Made by a program: the position numbers and the translations under genes. A stretch of DNA of 32,000 nt, taken from the NCBI GenBank assembly GCA_000830275.1, contig CP010424.1, forward strand, positions 510,001-542,000. The letters run 5' to 3'. Positions 7,818 through 17,083 of the stretch are shown here, piece after piece; the first letter of the stretch is position 1, and each line of letters starts with the position of its first letter. The DNA comes from an archaeon GW2011_AR10 (GTDB lineage Archaea; Iainarchaeota; Iainarchaeia; Iainarchaeales; GW2011-AR10). The notes under the pieces are model-generated. The model made no database searches and was not told where the DNA came from. It saw nothing but the letters and a program-made list of their open reading frames with translations.

Positions 7818-8750
7818 TTAAAGCTCCTCCCTTGAAAACATGAACCCAATCAAAGCAGTAAGGTAGGTGAGCAGAAGCGCATTTACGATTGAGAACGCAA
7901 CAACTACGGATGCAGAAACGCTGAACAGCGCAAACAACGAAATCAGTGCAGCCTCGTTTGTCCCCAAACCGTTAATGGTTATTGGAATCAATGAAATCAC
8001 TGAAGCAATAGCCACAAACCCAATCACATGAAGCGGCGGAACATTAATCGAGAAAGCCAGCGCAATCACGTAGGACTGCAGGAACACAAGAAGCCATGAA
8101 ACAACTGAAAGAAACCAAGCCTGCAGCAGAACAGGCTTTGATGGAAGGGAATCATAAAATTTGTTGAAAAAATCCCTGCTTTGCTCCTTTAGTTTTTCAG
8201 GCACCAGAACATAGAAGACGTGCCTCAAAACAGTTCTTGCCCTGTGCTTTTCCAGCATGAACCAAAAAGCAGAAAGCAAAAAAACAAAAATTAAGAATAT
8301 TGAATAGTATAAATCCACGAAATATTCCAACAAGAGAACAGAACCCATGAAAGCGAATGTAAGAACCGAAAACAAGTCAAGTATTCTGTCGAGAAGCACG
8401 GAGCTGGTGCAGAATGCAAGTGGTTTTCCTGTTTTTTTCTGCAGCAAACTGATGCGGTAAAAGCTGCCGAGCTTTCCAGGAGTTATTGCTCCGTAAAAGA
8501 GGCCTACAAAGTACGCTTTCAGCAGGAACACAAAACTGGTTTTCTGTTTCTGGTTGTCAAGGATTAATTTCCACTTGACAGTCTGCACTATTGCGATGAA
8601 CGGAATGAAGGCAAGGGAAAACAAAAGCATTAGTGCATTTGCCTGCAGCGCTGCTGAAACAATGCTGTCAAGGCCAACGCTTAACAGAATGAATGCAAAA
8701 ATGAACAATCCAATGAAAGGGGCAACTGATTTAAGGCTTAAGCGGCTCAT
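7818..8750 (-). CDS. Polytopic membrane protein, UPF0104 / LPG-synthase-TM (flippase-like) family
   Basis: About 8 hydrophobic segments. VKWKLIL...GAITPGKLGSFYRISLL...LLDRILDLFSV matches the RW...PGrlGE...eR..D pattern of UPF0104. The ATG at 8750 lies 1 nt after the upstream TAA. The track start at 8828 is inside the upstream gene. Confidence 0.55.
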   Translation of the reverse strand: MSRLSLKSVAPFIGLFIFAFILLSVGLDSIVSAALQANALMLLFSLAFIPFIAIVQTVKWKLILDNQKQKTSFVFLLKAYFVGLFYGAITPGKLGSFYRISLLQKKTGKPLAFCTSSVLLDRILDLFSVLTFAFMGSVLLLEYFVDLYYSIFLIFVFLLSAFWFMLEKHRARTVLRHVFYVLVPEKLKEQSRDFFNKFYDSLPSKPVLLQAWFLSVVSWLLVFLQSYVIALAFSINVPPLHVIGFVAIASVISLIPITINGLGTNEAALISLFALFSVSASVVVAFSIVNALLLTYLTALIGFMFSREEL

Positions 8751-8751
8751 T

Positions 8752-10017
8752 TTATCTTCCAATTCCCTTAAAGCGGATTCCTGCTGCAGAAATTGCATCC
8801 TTATCAAGGGCATTCCTCGCGTCAACAACGGCTTTTACATTGTTTTTTTTCAGGAATTCTGCTGAAATGGTTTTTACAAAAAGATTGTGGGCAGTCAAAA
8901 GCACCACGCAGTCAGCTTCCTTCACTGCTTCTTCCAGTGATGAGCAGTTGCTTTTGCTTTTCACGAAAGGGTCAAAGGTTTTCACAACAGCCCTTTTTTC
9001 CTTGAGCAGTTCAACAACCTTTAAGGCCGGGCTCTCGCGAGTGTCATCTACATCTGCTTTGTAGGCAATGCCCAAGCAAGCAATTTTTTTTCCTTCAAGG
9101 TTTCCTGTTAAAAATTCAGCAAGCCCAACCACAAAAGCAGGCATTGAGTCATTGATTTTTCTCGCCAGAGGCAGGAACTCGTGCTGGAACCCCTTGGACT
9201 TTGCCCTTTCAATCAGATAGTATGGGTCAATGGCTATGCAGTGGCCTCCTACGCCTGGGCCAGGCCAAAATGGCATGAAGCCAAACGGTTTTGTTGAAGC
9301 GCCCCTGATGACGTCCGCAACATCAATCCCCATTTTGTCAAACGATTTCGCTAATTCGTTCACAAAAGCAATGTTAACATCCCTGAAACTGTTTTCTGTT
9401 AACTTGACAGCTTCAGCTTCCTTGACGGAATTCATTTCAAAGACTTCTGCTTTAAGGACATTGCCATAAAAATTTTTTGCTTTCTTTGTTCCTTCCTTGC
9501 TCATTCCTCCAAGCACTCTTGGAATGTTCTCAATGCCCCACTTTCTGCTGCCTGGATCTATTCTTTCAGGGCAGTGAACCAAGAAAAAATCTTTTTCCGG
9601 CTTAAGCCCGGATTCTTGCAGAATTGGAAGAACTACTTCTTCTGTTGTGCCAGGAAAAATTGTTGATTCAACAATTATTAACTGCCCTTTCTTCAGGTTT
9701 CTTGCAATGCTGCTGCACGCAGACTTTAACGCGTAAAGGTCAGGATGGTGCTTTTCATCAACAGGGGTTGGCACGCACACAACAATAACACTAGCCTTGC
9801 TGATAACTTTCTCGTCAGTTGTCGCGGAAATCTTTCCCTTAAGTTTCCTAACCTGCCTTTCAAGTTCCGCATCAGCAATGTGGGAAATGCCAGCATTTAT
9901 TTTTTCCACTGTTTTCTTGTTCACGTCAAAGCCGAAAGTGGTTAACCCTTTTCTCGCGCAAAGGCACGCAAGCGGCAAGCCAACATAGCCCAAGCCAATG
10001 ATTGCCACTGAATCCAT
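8752..10017 (-). CDS. Nucleotide-sugar 6-dehydrogenase (UDP-N-acetylhexosamine dehydrogenase type, WecC/WbpA/TviB-like)
   Basis: N-terminal IIGLGYVGLPLA, catalytic GGHCIAIDPYYL, and C-terminal GIAYKADVDDTRESPA. There is no intein at the catalytic Cys. Confidence 0.8.
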   Translation of the reverse strand: MDSVAIIGLGYVGLPLACLCARKGLTTFGFDVNKKTVEKINAGISHIADAELERQVRKLKGKISATTDEKVISKASVIVVCVPTPVDEKHHPDLYALKSACSSIARNLKKGQLIIVESTIFPGTTEEVVLPILQESGLKPEKDFFLVHCPERIDPGSRKWGIENIPRVLGGMSKEGTKKAKNFYGNVLKAEVFEMNSVKEAEAVKLTENSFRDVNIAFVNELAKSFDKMGIDVADVIRGASTKPFGFMPFWPGPGVGGHCIAIDPYYLIERAKSKGFQHEFLPLARKINDSMPAFVVGLAEFLTGNLEGKKIACLGIAYKADVDDTRESPALKVVELLKEKRAVVKTFDPFVKSKSNCSSLEEAVKEADCVVLLTAHNLFVKTISAEFLKKNNVKAVVDARNALDKDAISAAGIRFKGIGR

Positions 10018-10071
10018 GATTTTTCCCTTAAAAAACTCCCTAAAAGAATTAATATTAAGGTATTGGTACGC

Positions 10072-11604
10072 TTATCCGCTTGCCACCCTGAAAACCCTTG
10101 TTTTGCCGGAAGAACCCTCAAAAATGAGTTGGAATTCTGCAGCATTTTTTTCCACTGTTTCCTTGAATGGGGAATCAAACGGAGCAAGCAAAATGAAGTC
10201 AACTCCAAAGCGCGAAATTTTTTGATTCAACTCTTCAAGGGAGCTTTCTTCCAGCTGCACTGTTTTCCTGCCTGAAAGCAGGAAAGCTCTGAAAGACTCG
10301 TTTGTTAAAACCACGCTTTCACCTGCACTGTTTTCCTTTAGCCAGTTTGCTGCTTCCACAAATTCTTTGTATTCTGGGGAAAGCTGCCGCTCGTGGATTG
10401 AGGAAAGGTAAAACGCATCAGAAGCAAGGCTTGCAACAATTCCTGTTACTAACACTATGTAAATGAATTCCTTCCGCGCCATTGCCTCAATTGGAAGAAG
10501 CATTAACCCGCGCACAAAAAACATCAAAAGGAATGGAAGCACTGGAAGAAGGAACCTGTCAACAGCTGAAGTGTCAGCGTAAGGCCAGAACAACAGCACG
10601 AGAAAGTAAAGGGCAATGTAAAGGTGAATTAAGTTGAAACTTCTTGCCCAGCTAGAAAAATATCCAAGCAAGAAAATCAAGCCAATCGCTGCCGCAACTG
10701 CAAGCAAAAAAATGTTTTGCTGCGAGAAAAAGAATGCGATGTCAAGCAGCGGAAAAACTGCCTGCGGAATTGAAACAAAAGCATAGTAAGAAAAATTTGA
10801 AACTGCTCGTTGGCCCAGTTCAAAAATAGAAGCATTTCCAAGTTGCGGGTTGTCAAGGTCTTTCAGCAAAAACTGGGAAAAGTAGGAACCCTGAATAGAG
10901 CTCGTTTCAGAGGAAACACTTGAAATGTAATATGCCCAAAAAATAACAAAACTCAACAAAATTAATAACAAAATTAATGATTTTTTAAATTCTTTTTTTC
11001 CAAAAAAAACCCCTGCTGCTGCTGCACCAAGCGCAGCTCCAATTGTTTTAGTGAAAAAGGCAACAACAACCAATACTGTTCCAGCAACAAAGTTGTATCT
11101 GGGGAAAGGTTCTTTGCGCAAATAGCTTAAGAGGAGGTAGATTGCTGAAATGGAAACAAACAAATAAAATGTTTCGGTTAATGCGCGGTGCGAGTACCAC
11201 AGCAAAAGCAGGTTGAATGCAAGCGCAGCAGAAATTAAGAATGACATGCGTTCCTCAAAGAATTTCAAGAAAATAAGGTACGAAATGAAAACCGAGAAAA
11301 CCGCAAACAGCACTGAAAGGAATTTGACTGCAACAAAATTCTGCCCAAACAGCAGGAAAACAGCTGAAATTATGGCAGGATACGCTGGAGGATAATATGC
11401 AAACGACGGGTTTCCAGGAAAAGAAACATCAGCGTAGCCTTTTCCTTCCGCTAAAGCTTTTCCTGCGACAAGGTATTGGGCTGCATCCCCGCCGTCAACT
11501 GAATCATTCAGTGCAACAGAGTAAAGCACTAATGCTGTCACTAAGAGAATGAAAAGCTCTTTTCTTTCCGCAACAAACTTTTTTGTGCCCTGCCAGTCAA
11601 GCAT
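10072..11604 (-). CDS. GT-C fold membrane glycosyltransferase (ArnT/PMT, GT39-like)
   Basis: 510 aa with more than 10 hydrophobic segments. An acidic first-loop motif (DSVDGGDAAQYLVAGKALAEGKGY) and a soluble C-terminal domain are both typical of polyprenyl-phosphate-sugar-dependent transferases. Confidence 0.5.
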   Translation of the reverse strand: MLDWQGTKKFVAERKELFILLVTALVLYSVALNDSVDGGDAAQYLVAGKALAEGKGYADVSFPGNPSFAYYPPAYPAIISAVFLLFGQNFVAVKFLSVLFAVFSVFISYLIFLKFFEERMSFLISAALAFNLLLLWYSHRALTETFYLFVSISAIYLLLSYLRKEPFPRYNFVAGTVLVVVAFFTKTIGAALGAAAAGVFFGKKEFKKSLILLLILLSFVIFWAYYISSVSSETSSIQGSYFSQFLLKDLDNPQLGNASIFELGQRAVSNFSYYAFVSIPQAVFPLLDIAFFFSQQNIFLLAVAAAIGLIFLLGYFSSWARSFNLIHLYIALYFLVLLFWPYADTSAVDRFLLPVLPFLLMFFVRGLMLLPIEAMARKEFIYIVLVTGIVASLASDAFYLSSIHERQLSPEYKEFVEAANWLKENSAGESVVLTNESFRAFLLSGRKTVQLEESSLEELNQKISRFGVDFILLAPFDSPFKETVEKNAAEFQLIFEGSSGKTRVFRVASG

Positions 11605-11717
11605 AGTTCAACCTTTTGGTACAGTTCTCGAAGGCCAGAAACTGATGTTCACAAACCTTATTATTAATTGCCTTGAATAATTTTTTAAAACACAATGAGC
11701 AGGAAGTTAGTGAGTGA

Positions 11718-12398
11718 ATGAAGCAGGATAGCCTTTCAGTAATAATCCCTTGCCTTAATGAAGAGGAAATAATCAGCGACTGCATTAAGGCAATTCCGAA
11801 AATGCCTTGGACAACAGAAATAATTGTTGTTGATGACGGCTCAACAGATAAAACGGTTGAAGTGGTAAAAGAGCTGAATAGAAAGGACGTTAGAATTGTA
11901 AGCTATAAACCCAACAGGGGCAAGGGCTATGCGTTCAGGCAGGGAATGAAAGCAGCAAAAGGCGATGTTGTTGTAATACAGGACGCTGACATGAACCCAA
12001 AAGAACTTCCCGAAATTGTAAAGCCCATTTTTGAGGACAAAGCGGATTTTGTCAACGGTACAAGGCTGGTGTATGAGATGGAAAAAGGCGCAATGAAGCC
12101 GCTGCACGTTCCCGGCAACAAGGCATTTGCATTAATTGTTTCCATGTTCATAGGGCAGAAGCTTACTGACACTCTGTGTGGTTACAAGGCGTTCAAGCGG
12201 AAAGTGCTTTCAGGGCAGCTAAAGGATGACTCCTGGCCTGACTTCGAACTTCTGTTGAAAGCGAAGAGAAACCATATGAGGATTGTGGAAGTGCCAATCC
12301 ACTACAATGCAAGAAAAGGCGGGGAATCAAAAATGAAAACATTCAGCCATGGCTGGAGCATGCTCTCAAAGCTCATTAAAGCAGTTTTGTTTGATTAA
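11718..12398 (+). CDS. GT2 polyprenyl-phosphate sugar synthase-like glycosyltransferase (DPM1/GtrB/ArnC type)
   Basis: LSVIIPCLNEEE, VVDDGSTDKT, NRGKG, IQDADM, GYKAFKR. Small (226 aa) soluble GT-A. Confidence 0.75.
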   Translation: MKQDSLSVIIPCLNEEEIISDCIKAIPKMPWTTEIIVVDDGSTDKTVEVVKELNRKDVRIVSYKPNRGKGYAFRQGMKAAKGDVVVIQDADMNPKELPEIVKPIFEDKADFVNGTRLVYEMEKGAMKPLHVPGNKAFALIVSMFIGQKLTDTLCGYKAFKRKVLSGQLKDDSWPDFELLLKAKRNHMRIVEVPIHYNARKGGESKMKTFSHGWSMLSKLIKAVLFD

Positions 12399-12407
12399 GT
12401 GAATGCA

Positions 12408-13097
12408 ATGAAGGTAAGCATAATTGTGCCGGTGTTCAACGAGGAGAAGACAATCGCGGCTGTGATTTCAAAGCTGAAAGGCGTTGAACTGAAAAAACTT
12501 GGCCTGGAAAAAGAAATTATTGCAGTGAATGATGCAAGCACTGATGAAACCAGAAAAATTCTTTCAGAAATTCCCGGAATAAAAGTTTTAAACCATTCAA
12601 AGAACAGGGGAAAGGGAGCTGCAATTAAAACAGGAATTGCAAATTCTGACGGAGAAATAATTCTGATTCAGGACGCCGACATGGAGTATAACCCGAAATA
12701 CATTCCTCCATTATTGAAGCCGATTTTGGAAGGAGAAACAGAAGTATCGTATGGTTCAAGGTTCATTAAGGGAATTCGCGGGAACATTCTTCTCACGCAC
12801 GAATTAGGGAACAGGTTCCTTTCTTTTTTAACATCAGTTCTTTTCGGGCAGAAAATCACTGACATGGAAACCGGCTACAAGGCGTTCAAGCGGAGCGCGC
12901 TGAGCGGAATTTCCCTTAAGGCAAACAGGTTTGACTTTGAACCAGAGATAACTGCAAAGCTGCTGAAAAAAGGCTTCCGAATCAGGGAAATCCCGATAAT
13001 TTTTTATGCACGCAGTTTCAAGGAAGGAAAAAAAATAACTTGGAGAGACGGCATAACAGCAATGCTTGTATTATTCAAGTACAGACTAAGTGATTAG
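12408..13097 (+). CDS. GT2 polyprenyl-phosphate sugar synthase-like glycosyltransferase, tandem paralog of the preceding gene
   Basis: VSIIVPVFNEEK, NDASTDET, NRGKG, IQDADM, GYKAFKR. ATG at 12408 (track start is GTG 12399). Confidence 0.75.
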   Translation: MKVSIIVPVFNEEKTIAAVISKLKGVELKKLGLEKEIIAVNDASTDETRKILSEIPGIKVLNHSKNRGKGAAIKTGIANSDGEIILIQDADMEYNPKYIPPLLKPILEGETEVSYGSRFIKGIRGNILLTHELGNRFLSFLTSVLFGQKITDMETGYKAFKRSALSGISLKANRFDFEPEITAKLLKKGFRIREIPIIFYARSFKEGKKITWRDGITAMLVLFKYRLSD

Positions 13098-13098
13098 A

Positions 13099-14703
13099 AT
13101 GGACTTATCTGTTCTGAAAAAAAAGAAGTTGCTTTTTCTTGCAATTGTTTTCATTGCCGGCATAATTCTTAGGCTCGCTTTTTTCAGTTCAACCGACATG
13201 ACATGGGATGAGGCATTCCACGTAATCCAGGCATTCAGAATTGCCTCAGTTTTCATTATTCAGCCGGTTCTACTAACAGTTTTACTTTTAGCAGCGATTG
13301 CCGTAATTTATTTTGCGCTAATCAGGAGGTCACTGAAAATTGTTCTGCTTGGAGCAATAGCTGCTGTTCTGGCAAAATTCGCTTTTGATATCCCGGTTGC
13401 TTTTCATCCAAGGCACCCGCCACTGTTCAATTTTGTCACATCCGCCGTGATTTTTCTCACAAACATTTCCCCGGACGTTGCCGGAAAAATCGTTTCCACT
13501 GTTTCACTGCTTGCATTGGCTGTTGTATCATATTTTTTCGGGAAAAAGTTTTTCAGTGAAAAGTTCGGCTTAATTCTTTCAGCTTTCCTGATTCTGTCAC
13601 CGCTCTCCATTTTCTATTCTTCAACAGCTTTCTTGAACCCGATGGCAGTCTCACTTGCATTCACTTCATTAATGCTATTCTTTTATGGCTTGCAAAACAC
13701 TAAAATGCTGCCACTAAGCGGGCTGCTGTTTTCTGCGGCAATTGCAACAAACTACACTGTGCTGGTGTTACTGCCAATATTCGCAGTATTGCTTTTCCTG
13801 GACAGGAAAAAACTGGTGAAAAAGGAAAATCTTGAAAATGCAGGAATATTTGTTGTTTTAGTTCTGGCAACCCTCATAATTTTTCTTCCATCAATTATCA
13901 GCAGCGCCACAGGCTATCAGGCAGACTGGCAGGAAGGCCAGAACAAGGTTTTTGTTGAGGACATTGCCCATTACTCTGCAAGCATTGCCGGCAGGCTTGG
14001 CGGAATCCCGCTGCAACCAAGAGCGACTTTTTTCCTTGAAACGCTTTCAATTTTCTTTTCCCCAGCAATTTTCCTGCTTTTCCTGCTGGGGGCGCTTTAT
14101 GCTTTCAGGGAAAAAAATTTTATTGTGAAAGTTATGGCAGTAGTTTTCTTGCTTTACCTCGCATACTTCTCCATGCAGCTCGGAATACAATTTTTAAGGT
14201 ATGCACTGATAATGGAGTTTCCTCTGCTGTTTGTGAGCGCATTCGGTTTAAGCAATATGAAAAACAAAACCGCAATGAAACTCGTATTCGGGCTGTTTGC
14301 CGCATTTTTCCTGCTGCAGAGCATTGTGCTATTGGTAGAGCACTCTTTTACCGGCTTGTCTAAAACTGTTTATGCTTTGCCTGATGATTCAAAAATTTAC
14401 ACTAGTTTTATTGACCCAGTGAAATACTACTCGCTGGATTATGTAAGCGACTCCTCTTACAGCAACAAATTCCTGAGCAGATTTTTAACAGGAATTCCAA
14501 AAGAGCAGAGAATCTTTTATTCAGGCGAAGCTGGATTGAGTGAAATTGAAGGAATAGATTATGCGATTCTAACAAAACCTTTTTTCGAACAGCAGGGAGA
14601 GGAAAATCTGGCCCCATTAAAAAAATGCAAAGAAATAACAGAGGGAAAATACACTTTGTTCTGGGTTTACGGAAAAGACTGCAGCGTGTTCAGCAATGAT
14701 TGA
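13099..14703 (+). CDS. GT-C fold membrane glycosyltransferase (ArnT/GT39-like)
   Basis: About 534 aa with many TM segments. First-loop motif SSTDMTWDEAFHV. ATG 13099 lies 1 nt after the upstream TAG, so it is translationally coupled to the two GT2 genes. Confidence 0.5.
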   Translation: MDLSVLKKKKLLFLAIVFIAGIILRLAFFSSTDMTWDEAFHVIQAFRIASVFIIQPVLLTVLLLAAIAVIYFALIRRSLKIVLLGAIAAVLAKFAFDIPVAFHPRHPPLFNFVTSAVIFLTNISPDVAGKIVSTVSLLALAVVSYFFGKKFFSEKFGLILSAFLILSPLSIFYSSTAFLNPMAVSLAFTSLMLFFYGLQNTKMLPLSGLLFSAAIATNYTVLVLLPIFAVLLFLDRKKLVKKENLENAGIFVVLVLATLIIFLPSIISSATGYQADWQEGQNKVFVEDIAHYSASIAGRLGGIPLQPRATFFLETLSIFFSPAIFLLFLLGALYAFREKNFIVKVMAVVFLLYLAYFSMQLGIQFLRYALIMEFPLLFVSAFGLSNMKNKTAMKLVFGLFAAFFLLQSIVLLVEHSFTGLSKTVYALPDDSKIYTSFIDPVKYYSLDYVSDSSYSNKFLSRFLTGIPKEQRIFYSGEAGLSEIEGIDYAILTKPFFEQQGEENLAPLKKCKEITEGKYTLFWVYGKDCSVFSND

Positions 14704-17083
14704 AAAAAAAGAGAACCTGAAAATAATTGCACTGTTTTTTTTGCTGGCGGTTCTGTTCTTCAGCCAGATGCTTCTAAATCCCGGAAGCATTCTTTTTTCT
14801 GAGGACTCTGACATGATTCTCCAGAAAGTTGCAAGACATGATTTGGCGTTCAATTCGTTAAAAGAAACAGGGGGCTTTGCTTTATGGAATCATTACATTT
14901 TCAGCGGAGTTCCATTGCAAGCGGACTTCCAGCCAGGCCTTTTTTATCCGCTGAATTTCTTTTTCCTTTTCCTTGACGCAGGACACGCGTTCAGCCTGCT
15001 ATTCGTCCTGCATGTTTTCTTTGCTGCTGTTTTCATGTTCTTTTTCCTGAAAAAGATTGGAGTTGAGCACTTCCCTTCAGTAATCGGCGCAACGACTTAC
15101 GGGTTCAGTGGGTTAATTGCAGCGCGCATTTGGGCAGGGCACTATCCGATGCTAGTAATAATTTCTCTGCTGCCGCTAATGCTCTACTTTGCAAGGGAAA
15201 TTGCTGAAAGCAGGAAGCCTTCAAGCGCTCTTTTGCTTGGTGCAGCAATTGCCTCGGCTTTCCTAGTGCAGCAAATACAGGTTTTCCTTTACTCCATGAT
15301 GCTTGTTGCAGCATACTTCGTTTTCAGCGTAATGACCTCTAAGCAGGGAAACAGGAAAACTGCTTTTGCATTGTTTATTGCAGCGCTAATCATTTCAGCT
15401 GGCATTGCAGCAGTGCAGATTCTTCCATCCTACGAAATGTTCACACAGTCAACCAGAAGTGGTGGCCTTAGCTTCATTTCAGCATCTGAAGGAAGCCTGC
15501 CAATGTTGAACATTCCTGTTAGCTTTCTGATTCCAGAGCTGACCGGCACACCAAGAAACAGCACTTTTTTCGGCGGAATTCTTGGCTCGGACAACTTTTG
15601 GGAGAGAAACGCTTACACTGGAGTTCTGCCGCTGCTGCTTGCAATTGTTGCTTTCTTTATTTCAAGAAATAAGGAAGTGCGGTTTTTTACAGCAACAGCT
15701 GTTCTTGTTTTCGTTTTCAGTTTAGGCGACCAAACCCCTCTTTACTGGCTGCTCTACAATTTTGTCCCATTCTTCAGCGTTTTCAGGCTGCCAAGCGGGG
15801 CGCTTTTCCTCGCGGTTTTCAGCATTTCAGTCATGGCAGCAATTGGCGCGCAAGGAATTTTCAGGCCGTTGACTGAAAAAGAAAAAAAAGTTGTTGCAGC
15901 AGTTTCAAAAATTTCTTTTGCACTTTTTGTTTTTGCGGCAATTGTTTTTTTGCTTGCGGTTTTGTTTAATCAAGAAATTCTGCGGCAGGCAGCGTCTGTT
16001 GCCAATTCCCCGGAAAAGGTTCCGGAGAAAATTTGGGCAGCACAGCAGGCAGTGCTTCATTTCGGGGTTTTTGGGCTTCTTTCGTTTGTGGTTTTAAGGC
16101 AGGCCGCCTTAAGGCAGGAACAAAAAAAACTGAAGGCGCTGGTGTTTGCAGTAATAGCAGCTGACCTCTTCATTTTTGGCTTGCCTTATATAACAACAGA
16201 ACAGCCACAAAAAATTTTTCAGGAAAGCAAGGTTGTTGAATTCATCAAATCTGATTCGTCTTTGTTCAGGGTTCTGGACATCAGCGCTGAACGGAAGGCA
16301 GAGCCAGAAAATGCTTTGTCTGATTATTTGACCATCAGCAATGGCATTGAAAAGGTTGACGGTTATGCCCCAACAATACTGCAGCGCTACGCTGCCTTCA
16401 CTAACGCAGTAATGGTGCCTGCAGGTGAAGCCGAAAAAAGCGAGCAACTGATTTTGCTGAAAATTGCGAACACGGAGTTTGATTCGTTAAAGTACGGGAA
16501 ACTGCTTGACCTGCTCAACGCAAAATACATTGCAGCAAAACAGCATAACAAACCTTCTACTGAAACAGCAGGCTATGAGCTGGTATTTGTGGACGGAGAA
16601 AACTTTTTGTACGAAAATAAGGATGTATTGCCTAGGGCATTTGTTGTAGGCGAGTCAGAAATTGTTGAAGGCAAAGAACTGCTGAAAGAACTGCAGGAGG
16701 AAAGTTTTAACCCGCGAGAAAAGGTCCTGATTGAAGAGGGCAAAGAAATCAGTGGAGGAAACGAATTCAAGGAAACAAGAATTGTTTCCTATGAGCCTAA
16801 CAGGGTTGTTGTGGAAGCAGAGCCTGAAAAGCAGGCTTACCTTGTACTGCTGGACACCTATTATAATGGATGGAAAGCTTTTGACAACGGAAACGAAAAA
16901 GAGGTGCTGAGAGCAAACTATATTTTTAGAGCGGTCCTGCTTGATCCCGGCAAGCATTCAGTTGAATTTGTTTTCAAGCCAGAGCTTTACGAGTCAGGAA
17001 AAACAATCAGCCTTTTTTTCCTTGCAATTCTAGTGCTCGGAACTGCTTTCTTATACCTGAAGCCTGAGCTTAACAAGGTCTAA
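14696..17083 (+). CDS. YfhO-family large membrane glycosyltransferase-like protein (GT-C)
   Basis: 795 aa. The N-terminal polytopic region has LWNHYIFSGVPLQADFQPGLFYPLNFFF. The C-terminal part has YLVLLDTYYNGWKAFDNGNEKEVLRANYIFRAVLLDPGKHSVEFVFKP and a final TM, typical of YfhO. The start overlaps the upstream stop by 8 nt. Confidence 0.65.
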   Translation: MIEKKENLKIIALFFLLAVLFFSQMLLNPGSILFSEDSDMILQKVARHDLAFNSLKETGGFALWNHYIFSGVPLQADFQPGLFYPLNFFFLFLDAGHAFSLLFVLHVFFAAVFMFFFLKKIGVEHFPSVIGATTYGFSGLIAARIWAGHYPMLVIISLLPLMLYFAREIAESRKPSSALLLGAAIASAFLVQQIQVFLYSMMLVAAYFVFSVMTSKQGNRKTAFALFIAALIISAGIAAVQILPSYEMFTQSTRSGGLSFISASEGSLPMLNIPVSFLIPELTGTPRNSTFFGGILGSDNFWERNAYTGVLPLLLAIVAFFISRNKEVRFFTATAVLVFVFSLGDQTPLYWLLYNFVPFFSVFRLPSGALFLAVFSISVMAAIGAQGIFRPLTEKEKKVVAAVSKISFALFVFAAIVFLLAVLFNQEILRQAASVANSPEKVPEKIWAAQQAVLHFGVFGLLSFVVLRQAALRQEQKKLKALVFAVIAADLFIFGLPYITTEQPQKIFQESKVVEFIKSDSSLFRVLDISAERKAEPENALSDYLTISNGIEKVDGYAPTILQRYAAFTNAVMVPAGEAEKSEQLILLKIANTEFDSLKYGKLLDLLNAKYIAAKQHNKPSTETAGYELVFVDGENFLYENKDVLPRAFVVGESEIVEGKELLKELQEESFNPREKVLIEEGKEISGGNEFKETRIVSYEPNRVVVEAEPEKQAYLVLLDTYYNGWKAFDNGNEKEVLRANYIFRAVLLDPGKHSVEFVFKPELYESGKTISLFFLAILVLGTAFLYLKPELNKV

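Noticed and set aside
8360-8380. Additional near-copy of the AAAACAAGTTA motif (AAAACAAGTCA)
   Set aside because: It lies inside the UPF0104 coding region and has one mismatch. I treated it as evidence that the motif can arise by chance rather than as a regulatory site.
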